DNA of 64,000 nt from Tubiluchus corallicola (GCA_030141605.1 JAQGDQ010000178.1:248001-312000), one strand, 5' to 3'; shown: positions 1-14,721, counted from the stretch's first letter. Numbers and translations: made by a program. Notes: generated by a model not told the origin, from the sequence alone.

Positions 1-388
1 AACCCATTGCATAAAAAACATGTGCTGTACCTCTCAGTTCAGGTGTGCTAGCTTGTGACGAACTACATACGTTCGACAGTTCATGCATGAGCACAGCGGT
101 AAATTTGAAATTTAAATTTTTATCTTGAAACTTGCCTAGTTTTAGTACAACACACTGAATATTTTACAGTAGCACAGTACTTCCAATTTTCACTTTCGCA
201 AACATATGCAACCCACTCGTGGAATATTTTTTCTGTTGAAAATTATGTTAGTTTATCATCGATAGTTGGGCGCGCCCATCGTTAATTAAGTTTTTAATTT
301 ATAATTTAATTATCAGAAACGCTTTTGCAGTATTAATTGTGTTAAAATGTGTACTTTTTATCGTACTTGAAAATGTAGTAGTATATAT
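1..388. mobile_element. Dispersed repeat (non-autonomous element), copy 1, truncated by the window edge
   Basis: Collinear high similarity to 10193-10580 and partially to 55080-55230. Confidence 0.75.
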
Positions 389-473
389 ACTATCTATATA
401 TACTATACTTTATATATACTAGCTTATACCATCTTAACTATGCCATCTTTCAGGTAGGTGCTGCTACTAAACT

Positions 474-3400
474 ATGTGGACCTCTTTGCTGTTACCATTG
501 CTACTAGCCATCTCGTCACTGACAACAACTAGCGGCACCACATTGTCATCAATGTTGTCAGCGTTTCCATCAAGACAAGCATCAGCATACACCTTCAACC
601 AACCACAACAAGAACAGCAACTACAGCGTGAATACAGTTATGCAGTTTCACAACCACTGATTTACGTTGGAGGTAATAAGTGTATAAATATACTGAAGCT
701 TTAAAGCACAAGAAAACTCTCTTCGTAAATAAAGCTCAAAAATTTGTTTTGAAATTTTACATCGCTTAAATGCTGTCTTATTGCACACAGAGCTTGGCTG
801 TATAAAACCTAAAACATTAAACTCCGCGATGACAGCTAGGCGCAGCTATTTTAATGGAAAGTCATTTGAAACATGTTTTACAGTGAGTCAGTGGTGCTCA
901 CTGGGTAGTGAGTCAGTGGTGCTCACTGGGTAGTGAGGCAGTGGTGCTCACTGGATAGCGAGGCAGTGGTGCTCACTGGATAGTGAGGCAGTGGTGCTCA
1001 CTGGATAGCGAGGTAGTGGTGCTCACTGGATAGTGAGGCAGTGGTGCTCACTGGATAGCGAGGCAGTGGTGCTCACTGGATAGCGAGTCAGTGGTGCTCA
1101 CTGGATAGCGAGTCAGTGGCGCTCACTGGATAGTGAGGCAGTGGTGCTCACTGGATAGCGAGGCAGTGGTACTCACTGGATAGTGAGTCAGTGGTGCTCA
1201 CTGGATAGCGAGGCAGTGGTGCTCACTGGATAGTGAGTCAGTGGTACTCACTGGATAGTGAGTCAGTGGTGCTCACTGGATAGTGAGTCAGTGGTGCTCA
1301 CTGGATAGTGAGGCAGAGGCATTTTACCAGGTGAAGCAAACATTTTAAATTATTAAGAATTTTGTTTTCCAATTATATAACTCAATTCAAGCAAATAAAC
1401 GTAGTTTTGAGTAATATAATTATGCTGGAAACGTTTTTTTCGGGATGTATTTGAAAATTATTATTTCTCCTGCCAAATATCATAAGCTAAAATACTCTTA
1501 CCTTCTCTTTAAAGCTTAGTTCATTAATTTGTCATTCAAATCAGAGATGTCACCGCTTTAAAAGGTAAATCATATTATGTTGGGATATGTACATGTGGTT
1601 TTAATCTTAATCAGTGTGTGTCGTTACGTAGGTTAGGCATTGTAGAGCTATCTTCTGGTGGACATGTGTGCTGTGTTTGAAAATGCTAATTTAAGAAAGT
1701 GCCTCAGTAAATGTTAACTTGCAGTGGAACATTTCAATATAAACTAGATGGTTTTCGAACAAAGATTTTGTGACCCTCAATTGATCTCATCTTCAACTCC
1801 TTTTTCAAAATGGACACTACCCATTAGTTCGAACCTGCCTTATAAAAATGCAAATTCAGCAAAATGAATGTAAATTCAGAAATGAAATCTAGCTACACAT
1901 GAGAACCAGCACAAAAGAGCGCTTGCTTCTTTTTTTGACAGCAATAATAACACACGTTCAATGTTCTTTTCTAGATGGCGCAGATGTACGTGGTGAAGAC
2001 ACATACTTCACTACCACATCTTACGGTCCTATTGCATCTGGGAGCTTGCAAGGTCAAGGCTCAAAATCACAGCGGCAGTCTTACACAAGATCAGGGCAAA
2101 GCAAAGGGAAATTGTACAGTACAGATGTAGCAGCAGCAACACAGCTAGCGAAGAAGTCGAAAGCATACGAGTATAAATACAGGTATGAGACACAGTGAAA
2201 CAAAAGGGTGTAAAACGATTGAAGGAAAACTATTTTAAGCAACGAAAGAACTCATAGACTAGCTTGGACGTTGAAAATTACATCAGTTATGGCACTGAAT
2301 CTGTAACGCACACTATCACTGACTGTCATAAAAATATACTTTCAAGGGTGTGTAGTCCAAAAGGAGGTTTGAAACAACAAACAACAAACTCTTCACACTT
2401 CGCCTCTTCTTATTTTGCCTTACCACTTTCAGTTCTCTTATATATATATATATATATACATAAATTATTATTTCTCCAGTATTTTAGCCACAATGAACTC
2501 TTTAAACGCATAACTTTGTTAATACTGTTATTATCTTATTAAAACTAAGTGGTTTTCTTGTTTCAGGAATGGTCACACCTACTATCAGCCAAGACTTCTT
2601 TACTCATATGATGTAGAGCAACCTATATGGGGTTATGCGGATGCAGCCAGTACTCCATATGGTGCCGACACCAAAACTGCACCACAAAGACAAATTGCTG
2701 GTAGCAATACCAGAGGTCTTGCTGAAATATCACCTTTGTTTGGTGATGCTGCAAGCATTATCATCCGAGAAACACATAAAGACAATCAAGTTCAACATAC
2801 TGGACAAAACATAAACTACCTCAGTGAACGTCCAGCACAATATGACGCAAAGTATTTTGGCAAAGGGACATTCCCACAAATGACAAGGATAAATGCTCAA
2901 CAGCTGCCAATTGTTGAAGCAGTTTCATTGCCGCAAACTAGCAGAAGCAATCTTTCATGGGAGAATCAGCCAGTAATTGAGTACGGTAGCATTAACCTTC
3001 GAAATAACAGAAAGAGTGAAACTGCACAGAGAATATTGTCTTTGGCTGATGCCGAGCCACCAGCCAAAATTAATGTACCAAACACAATCCTAACGGTACC
3101 TCAGCAGCAATCTGCTTTACCAATCCTACTTAATAGTGAAGAAAATCAATTGGAGGCATTGGGTCCATCATTAGTCAAGTTTGTTCGACCTGAAATTTTT
3201 GGAACAATGCAACCAAGGCACACATCTCAGTTAGTTACTGTCCGTGGCAACGTGAACGTAAATGTTGGTGTTAGCACAAGCCCACACACAAGCAGATTAT
3301 ATTTACCAGAAAAACAATATGCTGCTAATACTAAAACAGTTGAATATCCACATAGAGACATAAATTCAGTTTTTCCTTTATCTGCTGGAGTTGTAGGAGA

Positions 3401-5498
3401 CAGTAGAATACAGAAGCTTCCACAACTGCCAAAAACCGAATTTAAAAAGCTAATTATCCCTAGCAGTACAATCCAGCCACAAAGGTTTGATAGTAGCAAA
3501 AACAGCCTTGGAGAATTTGCAAAAAGTTTGTTTCATAGCGGCATTGCAAGTAAGGACATAACTGGTGCATTTATCGACATAATTAGTGGAAAAGTGACAG
3601 ATGAAGAAAAGCGGCTCAATATTCAACGTCCAAGCCAAACTACGAATTCTTTGGGATCTTCAAATAGTAGAATAAACAACATTTTTGGTGCAGTGGACGA
3701 AAAGCTATTGGGGTCACCAAGAACTAGAGCTACAGCCCAAACAGTCGAGCCAGAATTTGAAATACAAGACAGAAGGCTAAGAATTTATAGGATTGATGAC
3801 CAAAATACCACCCATATATTCCAAACTATAGAAGATGATTTTCAGCATAGCAACAGAGATGATCTCCAAATAGAAACAGATAAAGCCCTTGAAGATGTAC
3901 TTCTCCAGTTGGAAATAACGGACAGAAATTCAAATCCCAAACAGACAAAAGCAAATGATGATGACGGCTCCAGACAAATAGGAATCCATTTGCCTAATTC
4001 TCCACAGGAAGTGCCAAGATCAACTCCATTTATAAAAATCCGATTTTCATCTGTTCCAGTTCAAGACCAACAAAACGAAAGTACAACAGACACTGAACGA
4101 ATGCAACCATCCAGCAAGGATCCATTAAGACCTACTGGTAACAGACAGGAGCAGCAGCCACAAATTATGCCAAAATCACAAGAAAGAGAATCACTCAGTT
4201 CATTCAGTGAGAAAAGTGTAAGTTCCAATAATTACAATCTTCACAATGGTGAAATTGATGAATCTCAGGAACGAAATGAGGAAGTAATTACAGATCACGA
4301 GAGATCAGTGCCGTACGCAAATAATATAACATACAGACCATCAATTATAGAAAATAGTCAAAATCTACACTTCCCAACCAGCTACATTCAACCATCAGTA
4401 AACAGAAAGCAATTTAGTACAACTTCTGCTATAGCTTCTTCCAATTATAATCCACAGGGTATTCCCAATAACAAAAATTTCTTCAATGTGCAAGTTGATA
4501 TAGGACATGCACAGGATGGCACTGCACAACAGCAAACAACAACTGACACCCAAAGAAACCTGCAGAGTCTAACAAACAATAACTCTGTAAGACGAACGAA
4601 TGGTGGTCTCGGATCATCAAATTCATTTCTTGATCCAAGTAAGTTAACAAATGGTTTTAACACAGAGAAATTGCAGAGAAATATTGCTAACCTAGGCATC
4701 AGCAATACTGAACTCAATAGTCTGGGGTTTAGGAAGAACTTTTTATCTGGTTTGAGAAACAGTGCTCCAAATGCAAGACAAGTTGTAACAACAAATGCAG
4801 AGGTAGACTTTGGCACACCTTTTATTGCAAGTTCAGCAACACCACCAAGTGTAAAAAACATTGAGGACACAAAAAGAGACATTTTTCACACCATTACTGC
4901 ACCTGGCCAAAATGTCGTTGACAGAAATGGACAACTGATTGTTGGAATAGTGAAAAGAGGTTTTGATAATGGAAATCTTAACCCACAAGCATCAACACTT
5001 TTTGGCAACAAGATTCAGTTAAGACAGAATATTCTGAATAGAGAAACGTTGCCAAACTACAATCTCATCGACAGAAGACAAGCTTCTGAGCCAAACACTG
5101 AATTTCTGGAATCAGCCCAGGCTGTTAACTTAGGAAATGGCATTGTTCGAAATTTCTACACTGTGAGAAACCCAATCAGGCAATCTAATCAGATCAGCAT
5201 ACGGGATACGTTTGATTCCTGGCCAAATATCCAACGAGTAGGTAACAGTCAAGGAGGTCACTACTCAAGCAGTCCTGGTCGCACATTAAACAACCCTTTC
5301 ACAGCTTCAGGTATAGGCAGACTGCCAAATGGCATTAGTGGTAGTTCCAATAACAATAGGGCCGGCAATTTTGGCAACACAATAGTAAGCCACGCATTTA
5401 GTGGGCTGCAAAACTCAGGTGGTATTGGTAGAACATTCAGTAGCAAATACCAAAATATTCCAGTAAGAAATCAAAACAGGTATCACGGTTGGTCTTGA
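474..5498 (+). CDS. Secreted protein, family member A (~1112 aa): signal peptide, shared ~86-aa domain, long low-complexity N/Q/S/T/G-rich tail
   Basis: Spliced model join(474..672,1975..2182,2567..5498) keeps frame (3339 nt) with GT/AG sites: G|gtaata 673, ttctag| 1974 (alternative same-phase acceptor at 1941), AG|gtatga 2183, tttcag| 2566. Hydrophobic N-terminus MWTSLLLPLLLAISS. Domain YFTTTSYGP...YEYKYR|NGHTYYQPRLLYSYDVEQPIWG aligns with the two neighbouring genes. Acceptor at 453 implies an upstream UTR exon; AATAAA near 5907. Confidence 0.85.
882..1316. repeat. 25-bp minisatellite, ~17 copies, in an intron of member A
   Basis: Unit agtgag(t/g)cagtggtgctcactggat repeated head-to-tail; internal agtgag/ctcact dyad. 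Confidence 0.95.
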
Positions 5499-7055
5499 AT
5501 TTCTAACTAGTTGGATAATCTTGATACAATTATTGAGTAAGAAACTAAAAATACTCAAGATTTAGATGATTGTACTTAAATATCATTAAGTGAGGAGGAG
5601 ACAGGCTCACCAAAAAGGCTTATCTTCCATAACACAATGCACAGTAGTCTGCACTGCTGTCACTTGCCAGCAAATTGTCTTATAAAACAAGACAGGAGGG
5701 AGAAACATTAAAAAAATACTTTAGAAACTCAAAATTGTTTAACATTTTTTGTGCTTAATGTAAAAAATGATTGGCAGCAAGTAAATAATTATGTAAATAT
5801 TGTTAATTGTTATAGTTGATAAGATGTTAATAATAATATGAATTCTGTTAGCAATGGTTGCTTTAAATTGGTGTGACGTTTTTTTTATATTTGAAAACCA
5901 AATGTCAATAAATGATGTTAGTAATAAATACACTTATGTCACGTGATTTTGTTTTTATTTACGTATGAAATGCACAAACAAACATATGTAACACACTCTA
6001 TGCACAAACAGAGTGTATATTAACATTGACAAAAGACATGTAAAGGTTAAGGGTGCTTGATAATTAACTAACCCTAACATCTGATCAAGTTTTGATTGAA
6101 CTTACTAAGGGTGAATTTAAGGCCTAAATTTCAGTTTAGCTTTCCTTCTTGCGAAAATATAATAATAAATAAATAAACAATAGATAAATATTATGTATGA
6201 AAAGCAGGTGAAGAAAATAAAGAAAACGCAAAGAGGGAGATGTAGAAAAAAAGAGAGGGAGAGAGAGAGAGAGGGAGAAGAAATAGACAAAAAGAAAAAC
6301 GACAGAAAGAGAAAACGTGGATAATAGGATCAGGATCAAGCAAGGACAAAGAGAATAAGGTACAAGAAACAGTAAGTAAATAAAACAATAAAACCACTGA
6401 AAATGTCGATCGTGCAATAATTTTGAACCGCTCTGTATGTGTAGGGGCCGCACTACAAAAGCTGTGAATTCAGTAGCTTGGGCTGAGAAACAACTCAATC
6501 ATCTTTGCGTGGAGAAAAATAACTGAAGCAAACTTACATTGAGATAACAACTCACAAAACATCTTACTAATGTAAACTATATTTTTATCATATAATAACA
6601 TTTTTAATAAATAAATTAATCTAAAATAGAGACAAGTTTCATAATTTCTAGCAAACCCATTTTGTAAATGTAAATTTTAATTTTTGTAAATTGTAACTAA
6701 TTAGTATTGTAACGTTGATTAATTTTAACGCGGTGCACGATACCAATCACTTTGATTAACACGTGTCAAAGAAAACTACAATCAGACTGACTACTCGTGG
6801 AGAAAGTGACCAGCAGTGGCGTGATTAATTTCACTTTCTAGGATACTAATCAGTTTAGTGAGAAGACAACGGAAGCTGACAGACAAGTGGGTCAATACAG
6901 TCACAAGACAATGCGAATTTAGCGTCTGTCTGATCAGATCTGAAGGTCAAGTACGACCTCGGGTGCACGTTGATCATAATTGCATGCTGACCAGACCGAG
7001 GACATGTTTGTATAAACAAATGGGGAGTGACAAAGGTACAGGGGAGGGAAAACGA

Positions 7056-7313
<258 letters not shown>

Positions 7314-8064
7314 ATCATTACGTTACGTCATAAATATTCGAAACGTCCATATCAATGAGAGAAAACTTTTTTGCCACCACTTAATGGATGTTAACAAGGT
7401 ATTTTCATAAAAACAGCTTTAAAGTAACAACCTGACCTTTAATGAGCAAGACATTGCAGACTGCAGAGATGACCGCCCCAATCACACCCAAGTGGATTTA
7501 CGATACGATTTTGTAATATATTAAGTGCGTACAGCTTAAAAGACAAGAAAAGGGGTACCTGAAGTAGGTTTCAGAAAAATTGCCTTAAGAAATTATATCA
7601 CTTTACAGCAATTTTATGTGTATATCATACTCGCATTGAAAGGAAGTTTTGTTTGTTTTCATTTTAAATGTTACGTGACGTCACTACGCAAAAGTAAATC
7701 AGACGGAGAAAAGGCAATGTTAAATTATGTCCCAAAAAATCTCCATGCAAATCTATATTACTTAGCATTTCGCTTACCTGTTTGAAAGACTTATGTAACA
7801 AGAAAAGAAAAGTTTTAATTATTTAAAAAAAATTTACCAATTCACCAATGGTAAAATGGCGCTGACTCACCTTTCAGGGTGCACCACCCAGTAACCAAAA
7901 ATGCATTTTTAATCTTATTCACAAGATACAGTAATTTAAAATTTTAGTCGCTTAGTGAAGTGGGCACTACGAATGCTCTGATTAATTTTTCAAACTTTAC
8001 ACAATGTTATCTAAAGTTGTTTCAAATGCCCTGTCGTCGGGAGTTTAAATTTACTACTGTTTTT

Positions 8065-8068
8065 GCTG

Positions 8069-8133
<65 letters not shown>

Positions 8134-8167
8134 ACTGCTACTGCTACTGCTACTGCTACTGCTACTG

Positions 8168-8234
<67 letters not shown>

Positions 8235-8245
8235 CACGACTACTA
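8065..8245. repeat. Compound (CTG)n/(CTA)n trinucleotide microsatellite
   Basis: Direct reading; grades from CTG through CTGCTA to CTA. Confidence 0.97.
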
Positions 8246-9018
8246 TAATTTAGACAATTAACAATGAGAAAAAAGACTACCTCCTTACAATAAGAAAAAG
8301 ACTGCCTCCTTGCTTAACTCATAAAATAAGGAGTCTAACTAATCCAGGGTGGTGGAAATCTATTGCTAACTTGAGGAGGTAGCATAATAAAACGCCCTAA
8401 GCTAAACACAACAGGTGACACATTTTCTTATCTCATTCATAACAAAACTAAAAAAATATTCACGCTTTCTAGTGCAAGATACTGGGCATTTCAGCTAAAT
8501 CACACACTAGATATTTCCCAAAGTTGTGCTGCTAGATGAAGACGACCTTCACTCAGCATTCTCGGTCAGCAACAATTTGACCGCAAAATCGTTACTTAAG
8601 TTCATGAATAACCAAACGTAGGCAGATGCCTCAGGTACGCTAGAAGTAGTGAAAGTAGGATAAATGGAACAATCATCAACAGTTGTAATTAACTCCTAAC
8701 TACCCTCACGCAAGTGGACACAAATAGGGCAAAACCACGCAATGTCGTTACATCACTAAACTCCAGCTCAAATGGAACCTATTGCCCGCAGATTTACGAA
8801 ACAGGGTGCGTTCTTGGAAAATAGAATTGAAAAGATGCATACCAAAATTCGAACAGCTGCCTGACAAAAGCAGTAGAACACCATGCTTCTGTTTCTCCTA
8901 ATGGACATGCCACTCCAAAAGAGGCACTAGTACACGACAGAGGAAATCAATTGACAGCCTGTAATTACTGCGGTTCGCTGGAAATTTTTTTCTGGGTCAT
9001 GAGGCAATGGATGACATT

Positions 9019-9024
9019 TATAAA
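9019..9024 (+). promoter_or_regulatory. Putative TATA box of family member B
   Basis: TATAAA about 90 bp upstream of a strong donor (|gtaagt, 9114) that would splice a short UTR exon to the ATG exon. Confidence 0.5.
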
Positions 9025-9326
9025 GCAGTGACAGTGACAGTGATGGACGCCACAATAGGTTGAGTATTACACAGTGAAAGTAGCAGGAACAGATTTGACT
9101 ACAATACTGATTTGTAAGTTTACTTAGTTAACTTACTGCACACTTACATTACGTTTTATATGTTATAGTATTTTAACTTAGTACTGACTTTACACTAGTT
9201 GCATTTGTCTCAAATGGCTGGTTAGCGATACCGGTGAAATCACGACTTCTATGTTGTGATTCAGTGAAGCACATTCAGTGTACAACACACTTAAACAAGT
9301 TTTTATTATTTAATATTGCAGGCAGG

Positions 9327-11256
9327 ATGAATTCTCACCTGGTAATTCTACTATCTGTCCTTGGTGCAGCGTACAGTACATATGACAGCAGTGGGACAGA
9401 TGGGTACTTAAATGCCCCATCAAACTATGGAACAGCTCAACAGGTGGTAGTGCCTGCACAACAAACTATTTCTGGAAGACAGGTAGACTTGCAAGGTACA
9501 CAAGTAGTTGTGCCTGACAAAGTAGTTGGTGCTGCAAGAACCGTATCACCAGAGTATTTTACTACCACCCGGATAGGGCCAGTAGCCAGTGGAGGATTGA
9601 CGGGATCTGGAACAAGGAGCAGCAGCTTGTCTTACAACAGACAAGGTTCAGCCCAGGGAAGCTTGTATAGTAGGGATCAAGCTGACGCATCTGAAACAGC
9701 ACAGAAAACCAGAGGCTACAGCTACAATTATAGGTGAGACGGTTGTGTAATTTCATAAGGTTCATAATATTTTTTCTACTGCACAATGCATTGGGTTTCT
9801 CGAATCCTAAACAGGGTAAAGCCACATTATGACAGAGTGCCGTAAGTATTGGTTTTGCAGCTGTATACTGAAATGTAAGTTAAGTCGTCAAACTTAAAAG
9901 CAAACAATCAAAGAAAGCAACTTCAAAGAACACAGAGTTATTGAAATTCACACTTGCACAGTCACTGTCACTGTGCTTGCATCGTTTGTTTGCTTCAAGT
10001 GTTTTCATAACTGTAGGTCAAAACAATCCACTCTTTAAAATTTTGAAACGAAATATACTATTTTTAAAAAAATGACTTATGTGAAAGAATTATTGACACA
10101 CAAATACAATTTCACGTTCGCGGGACTAGTTTTTCGCTGTTACTTTCATTCGCCATTTGCTAGTTGACGGGCACTAGCGAATGCATTTCGGAAACCCACT
10201 GCACAAAAACATGTGCTGTACCTCTCAGTTCAGGTGTGTTAGTTTCTGACGAACTACACACGTTCGACAGCTAATGCGTGAGCACAGCGGTAAATTTGAA
10301 ATTTCAATTTTTATCTTAAAACTTACCCAGTTTTAGTACAACACACTCAGTATCCTACAGTAGCACGTAACTTCAATTTTCTCTTTCACAAACACGTGCA
10401 ACACGCTCGTGCAGTACTTTTGCTGTTGAAAATTATGTTAGTGTGTCATCAATAGTTAGGCATGCCCGCCATTAATTAAGATTTCAATCTATAATTTAAT
10501 TATCAGAAACGCTTTTGCAGTATTAATTGTGTTAAAACGAATACTTTTCATCGGACTTGAAAATGGGGTGGTAGTATATGAAAAATCATCCTGTTTTCCT
10601 TTAATGGAGCGTTTTCTTGCAGAGAAGGCCATCAGTATGCACAGCCGAGGACACTCTACAACTACGACCTCCAGGAGCCAGTCTGGGGAGTAGCAACCAA
10701 AGCCGAGGTTTATAGAGGAGATGGTGGGGATGCTGGCCTCACAGTTGACAATTTGGGCAGCAGCAGGAGCACTATTGGCGGCGGTTTGGGAATTGGAGGA
10801 GGTTTTGGCCGTGTCTCAGCTTTGAGTGGAACATTACGTACAGGAACCTCTAGTGCCTTGACTACTGGAAAAGGACTGTCTCTCGGTAGCAAAATCGGTA
10901 CTGGAATAGATCAGCTGAGAAGTGGAACAACCGGACTTCACACTGGAACAGTTCGCGTAACTGGAAGAACAGGCAGCGCTGGATACGGTAGCGGCATCCG
11001 TGCAGGAAACACGGCAGGTGGATACGGTAGCGGTATCCGTGCAGGAAACACGGCAGGTTATGGAGCAAATGTTGGCAGATACAGAGGCACTCCTGGAATC
11101 AACGGTCCCTATCAGATATGGGCTTACCGAGACGCTGTTCAATCGCAATTTGGAAAAGGTAGCAAGCCATGTTCTTTCTACATCGGTGGCCCATGCAGTG
11201 GAATGGAATTAATAGCAGGTGGTTACGGTGTCCGGCGCATACCAGTGATATGGTGA
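9327..11256 (+). CDS. Secreted Gly-rich protein, family member B (346 aa)
   Basis: join(9327..9733,10623..11256)=1041 nt; AG|gtgaga donor 9734, ttgcag acceptor 10622. Signal peptide MNSHLVILLSVLGAAYS; shared domain EYFTTTRIGP...YNYR|EGHQYAQPRTLYNYDLQEPVWG; Gly-rich tail with 2x GYGSGIRAGNTAG. Probable non-coding exon ending 9113 (|gtaagt) spliced to 9322. Confidence 0.9.
10193..10604. mobile_element. Dispersed repeat copy 2, inside the domain-splitting intron of member B; ends in ...ttttcctttaa (TTAA end, Kolobok/piggyBac-like by inference)
   Basis: Matches 1-388; terminal gaaaaatca..ttttcctttaa also at 55205-55228. The element may extend left to ~9894 (ttaaaagcaaaca). Confidence 0.7.
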
Positions 11257-13770
11257 TCTGTTTCAATATATATGTATCCACAACGAAAGAGCTCAAAAAA
11301 CCAAAAAGGTCTCAAACTTGCTGCATGTGTTTCGTTATGTTTAATATTAAATAAGTAACAAAATAACCAAAGCTGGCCTTGTGTGTGTCACAAATGCTTA
11401 CATGTGTAATTCGTATAATTCAGGGTAATAATCCAGAAATACTGGTAGACTGTTGCAAACTTTTTTGTATAGAATCTAAATAATCAGTGATGCCTATAAT
11501 GTAGCTGTGATTTCTTTTTACATTGCATTTGTAAATAGCTTTTTAATGAATTGTTAATAAAACGTTATTAGTTTTTTGCAGAAAACATGAATGATGCTGC
11601 ATTAATTTCCAGATCAACAATAATTATTAGGTAGCCAAACAAACGCTCACTAAAAAACTTCCGATAACAGAGCAATAGCAAGTGCTGCATTAAAACATGT
11701 AGATGTGCTTACATTAAAAAAAAACACCCAAACAATACAACATAGCTAATACAAAGAGCATCTAATTAATATTGAAATAAATTAATTTGTGTACAAGTTG
11801 ATTCAAAATAAATATAGTACATCGAATGTAACATGAGAGACATTTTTTCATTTAACGCAATTTTCACAACAGTTTGAGTTATAGTCACTAAGTCTAATTA
11901 TTCACAAAGGCAATTAGACTTTTAACCAGTTTATATAACATCAAATTTAAATTTCAGTATTTTCTAATCATTCGTGCAGATGCTGGTATAGAAAACAAAA
12001 GATTTGGATGTTCACAAGCACTTCTAATAATAACGCTGATCATAATTGCAACAGTTTTAAACAGCATGAACTTGGCCATATATCTGTGAGAGATACGAGC
12101 TTTTTGAATTACAGAAAGTGTTTAAAAATTAATTTTTTCTTTCAATTCAAAAACTGGGGTACACCAACACGACAGAGTTTTTCACTTTTAAAATATCCTA
12201 AACTTAGACTGTTTCACGTGCGAAACTAGAAGAATTATACCTGTTACCGTTATCATTTTACAAGAAGTGCAAGAACTAATGTCATCAGACATTATGACCA
12301 ATTACACTTAGAATATTTAGAAAACGCCAATAACTGAGATAACAACGTTTAGTATAAGCTCCAACACACTAAACTGGCCCTAATAACGTTTTGTATCGAG
12401 CAACCAAGTTGCAACGTAATGAACTCATATAATTATTGTCTAGGCTGACATTTCTTATTAATTATACCGAACCCTCATACTAAGGGCTCCTGTAATTGTC
12501 TGGTTAACGGGTAATCAGCCGGGTAAGACGAGTAATGAAAATTTCCCCTATAGTAACACACATATATAACAATAATGAATATGGGGAGTGCTGGTTTAAT
12601 CATAGGATAAATATACAAAACTTAAATGCAAAATAGCAGTATATTGCGGCTAATCAAAGCCCATAACAACAACAAACAACATGTTTCTCTGCTTCAATAA
12701 TGAATGGCATCTAATTCCCTAATATACAGTAAACAAGAAAGCAAATAAGTAAGTAAATAAGCAAGCAAATAAGTTAGTAAGAAAGTAAGTAAATAAGTAA
12801 GCACGTTAGTAAGTAAAAATTTATTATATCCAAAATGAAATTTCGTGGTTGCAATAAAATGAGTAGACTCAACAATACACACCCTTCCAGAATAAAACAA
12901 CACACACATTCCTACATTCACGTTACCATACACATTATGCAAAAGTATACAAAGAAAAAATCTACTTACGTACTTCCCCCATAAATTAGTGAACGTCACA
13001 TGAGTTACTCCTTGCGCACTCGTCTTGAATATTTTTACTACTGATGTATTTTTGCGATAATTGCATAGCGTGACATAAACTTACTGTAAACTAGAAACTT
13101 ACTTCAAATAAACTAGAATAACTATCTTCTGTCTGGCTGGGAAAATATTCTTTATACCATTATTTTACTGTTTAATACAAACCAAATTAGCATATATTTC
13201 AACACAGGTGTAGTGAAAAACAGAATTTTTACTTAATGTTAGCAAAGCTTCACCCCCCCCCCAGCTTGACCGGCCCTAGCCTGAAGCCCTATTGACTTTT
13301 TCGCATCCGGATGCTACATAAACGTCATTTTATAAATATTAACGGCTTTAAATACTATGCGCAAATAAGTGAAAATTCTATAAGCCTTTCATTGAAAGTA
13401 ACCATGATGTAGCCCAGTCCAGTGACATTCCGGTTCTGCATGTGGGAGTGAAAAAATGACCGTATGTGACAACAGGTACAATAACAAAAAAGCCAACATA
13501 GGGCAGTTATAGTTTAATTCAAGGTTAGACACAAAGGAAACACGTTCTTATCTTGTTGGAACTCCGCAATGTACGAATGAAGACTCTATACACCGATGCC
13601 TTCCATATATGCATACCTGTGGCACAACTAAAACTTTTCTCATTATCAATGCTAACCATCTAGGAGGAGACACCGGACAGCGTCTTGGCTATGGTTGCAT
13701 GTATACATATCCTGCCTCAAAATACCAAAATGCAGTAAAGAACTGTACAGAACAGGTAATGAACCTGTGT

Positions 13771-13816
13771 GGTGGTCACTCGTCCGTTACCTACAGGCCC
13801 TGCATTGCTTAACTTA
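13771..13816 (-). mobile_element. 5S rRNA-like segment, probably a decayed SINE remnant
   Basis: Minus strand aagttaagcaatgcagggcc...ggacgagtgaccacc resembles the 5S internal control region (AAGTTAAGCA...GGATGGGTGACC); rest of 5S not evident. Confidence 0.4.
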
Positions 13817-14244
13817 GTTAACTAACTTAACCAAGCATGCACAGTAATCACTCAGCTATTCACTTGACACCCAATCGCGAAAAACACTTGTAAATGGTCC
13901 AGGTAGGACATTAATGTAAACTAATACTGTATCTCCACACAGAGAAAATGCACTAAAACAAAATGCTGATTTTCTATTGATATTATTGCATATTTTTAAG
14001 TGAACATTTAACTATCCAATCTGCACATCTCTGCAAATCTGCAAATTCATAGAAAAAGACTGCTGTTGCTGACACCTTGATTTACACTGACAGGCAAATC
14101 TGTAGACCAAATAAATCAAAACATAGCAAAGCAAAAGTAAGCCAAATTCATATTAATTCAAATCACCTCCCAGCAGTGACACCTGTTGGTGAATAATTGT
14201 TTGCAAATGCCCTTAATGCCTTACTAAGCTGTAAATCATCTGAC

Positions 14245-14721
14245 TAGCCGGGCCACATTAAACTTTCCCGCAATTCCTGCGGGCCACAGGCAGTTTGATC
14301 AAGGAGCCAAGTACAGTAAGGCCTAATAACGATTTTTTTGCATCCGACCTGCTTACATCATTACTACTACACTCAAGAAACTATTTTAGAAGTTATTAAA
14401 ATTTATATTACAAACCATATATTTCTACTTTCGGGACAGATAGTGGTAATTTCATTACAATGCATATTAGTAATGTGCATCACACAGTCTGTGTTGTACA
14501 GTGACATTAAGCTACAACCGTCTTGTAAGGGTTAATGGCATCCGATCTAGTAGAAAAAACTACCTGCACTATCTTTGGGATCGTGGCACGGACTTCAGCT
14601 GGATACACTCAATTAATCGCCTGGGCCGCACTTTCATTAGGTTGACAAATCTCCTCGCGGGCCGCACAAATTCTCTCGGCGGGCCGCAAGTGGCCCGCAG
14701 CCCGCAATTTGCACACCCCTG
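14245..14721. mobile_element. hAT-like non-autonomous element remnant
   Basis: Repeated gcgggcc(g/a)ca subterminal motifs, ending tttgcacacccctg; the other terminus was not found. Confidence 0.45.

Noticed and set aside
882-1316. CRISPR-like array of palindromic repeats
   Set aside because: Units are head-to-tail with no unique spacers; eukaryotic intron; no cas genes.
3227-5446. Minus-strand ORFs within member A exon 3 (likewise those antisense to the cadherins and member B)
   Set aside because: Antisense shadows of real coding sequence.
13771-13816. Functional 5S rRNA gene
   Set aside because: Only a diverged ~45-bp core is present.
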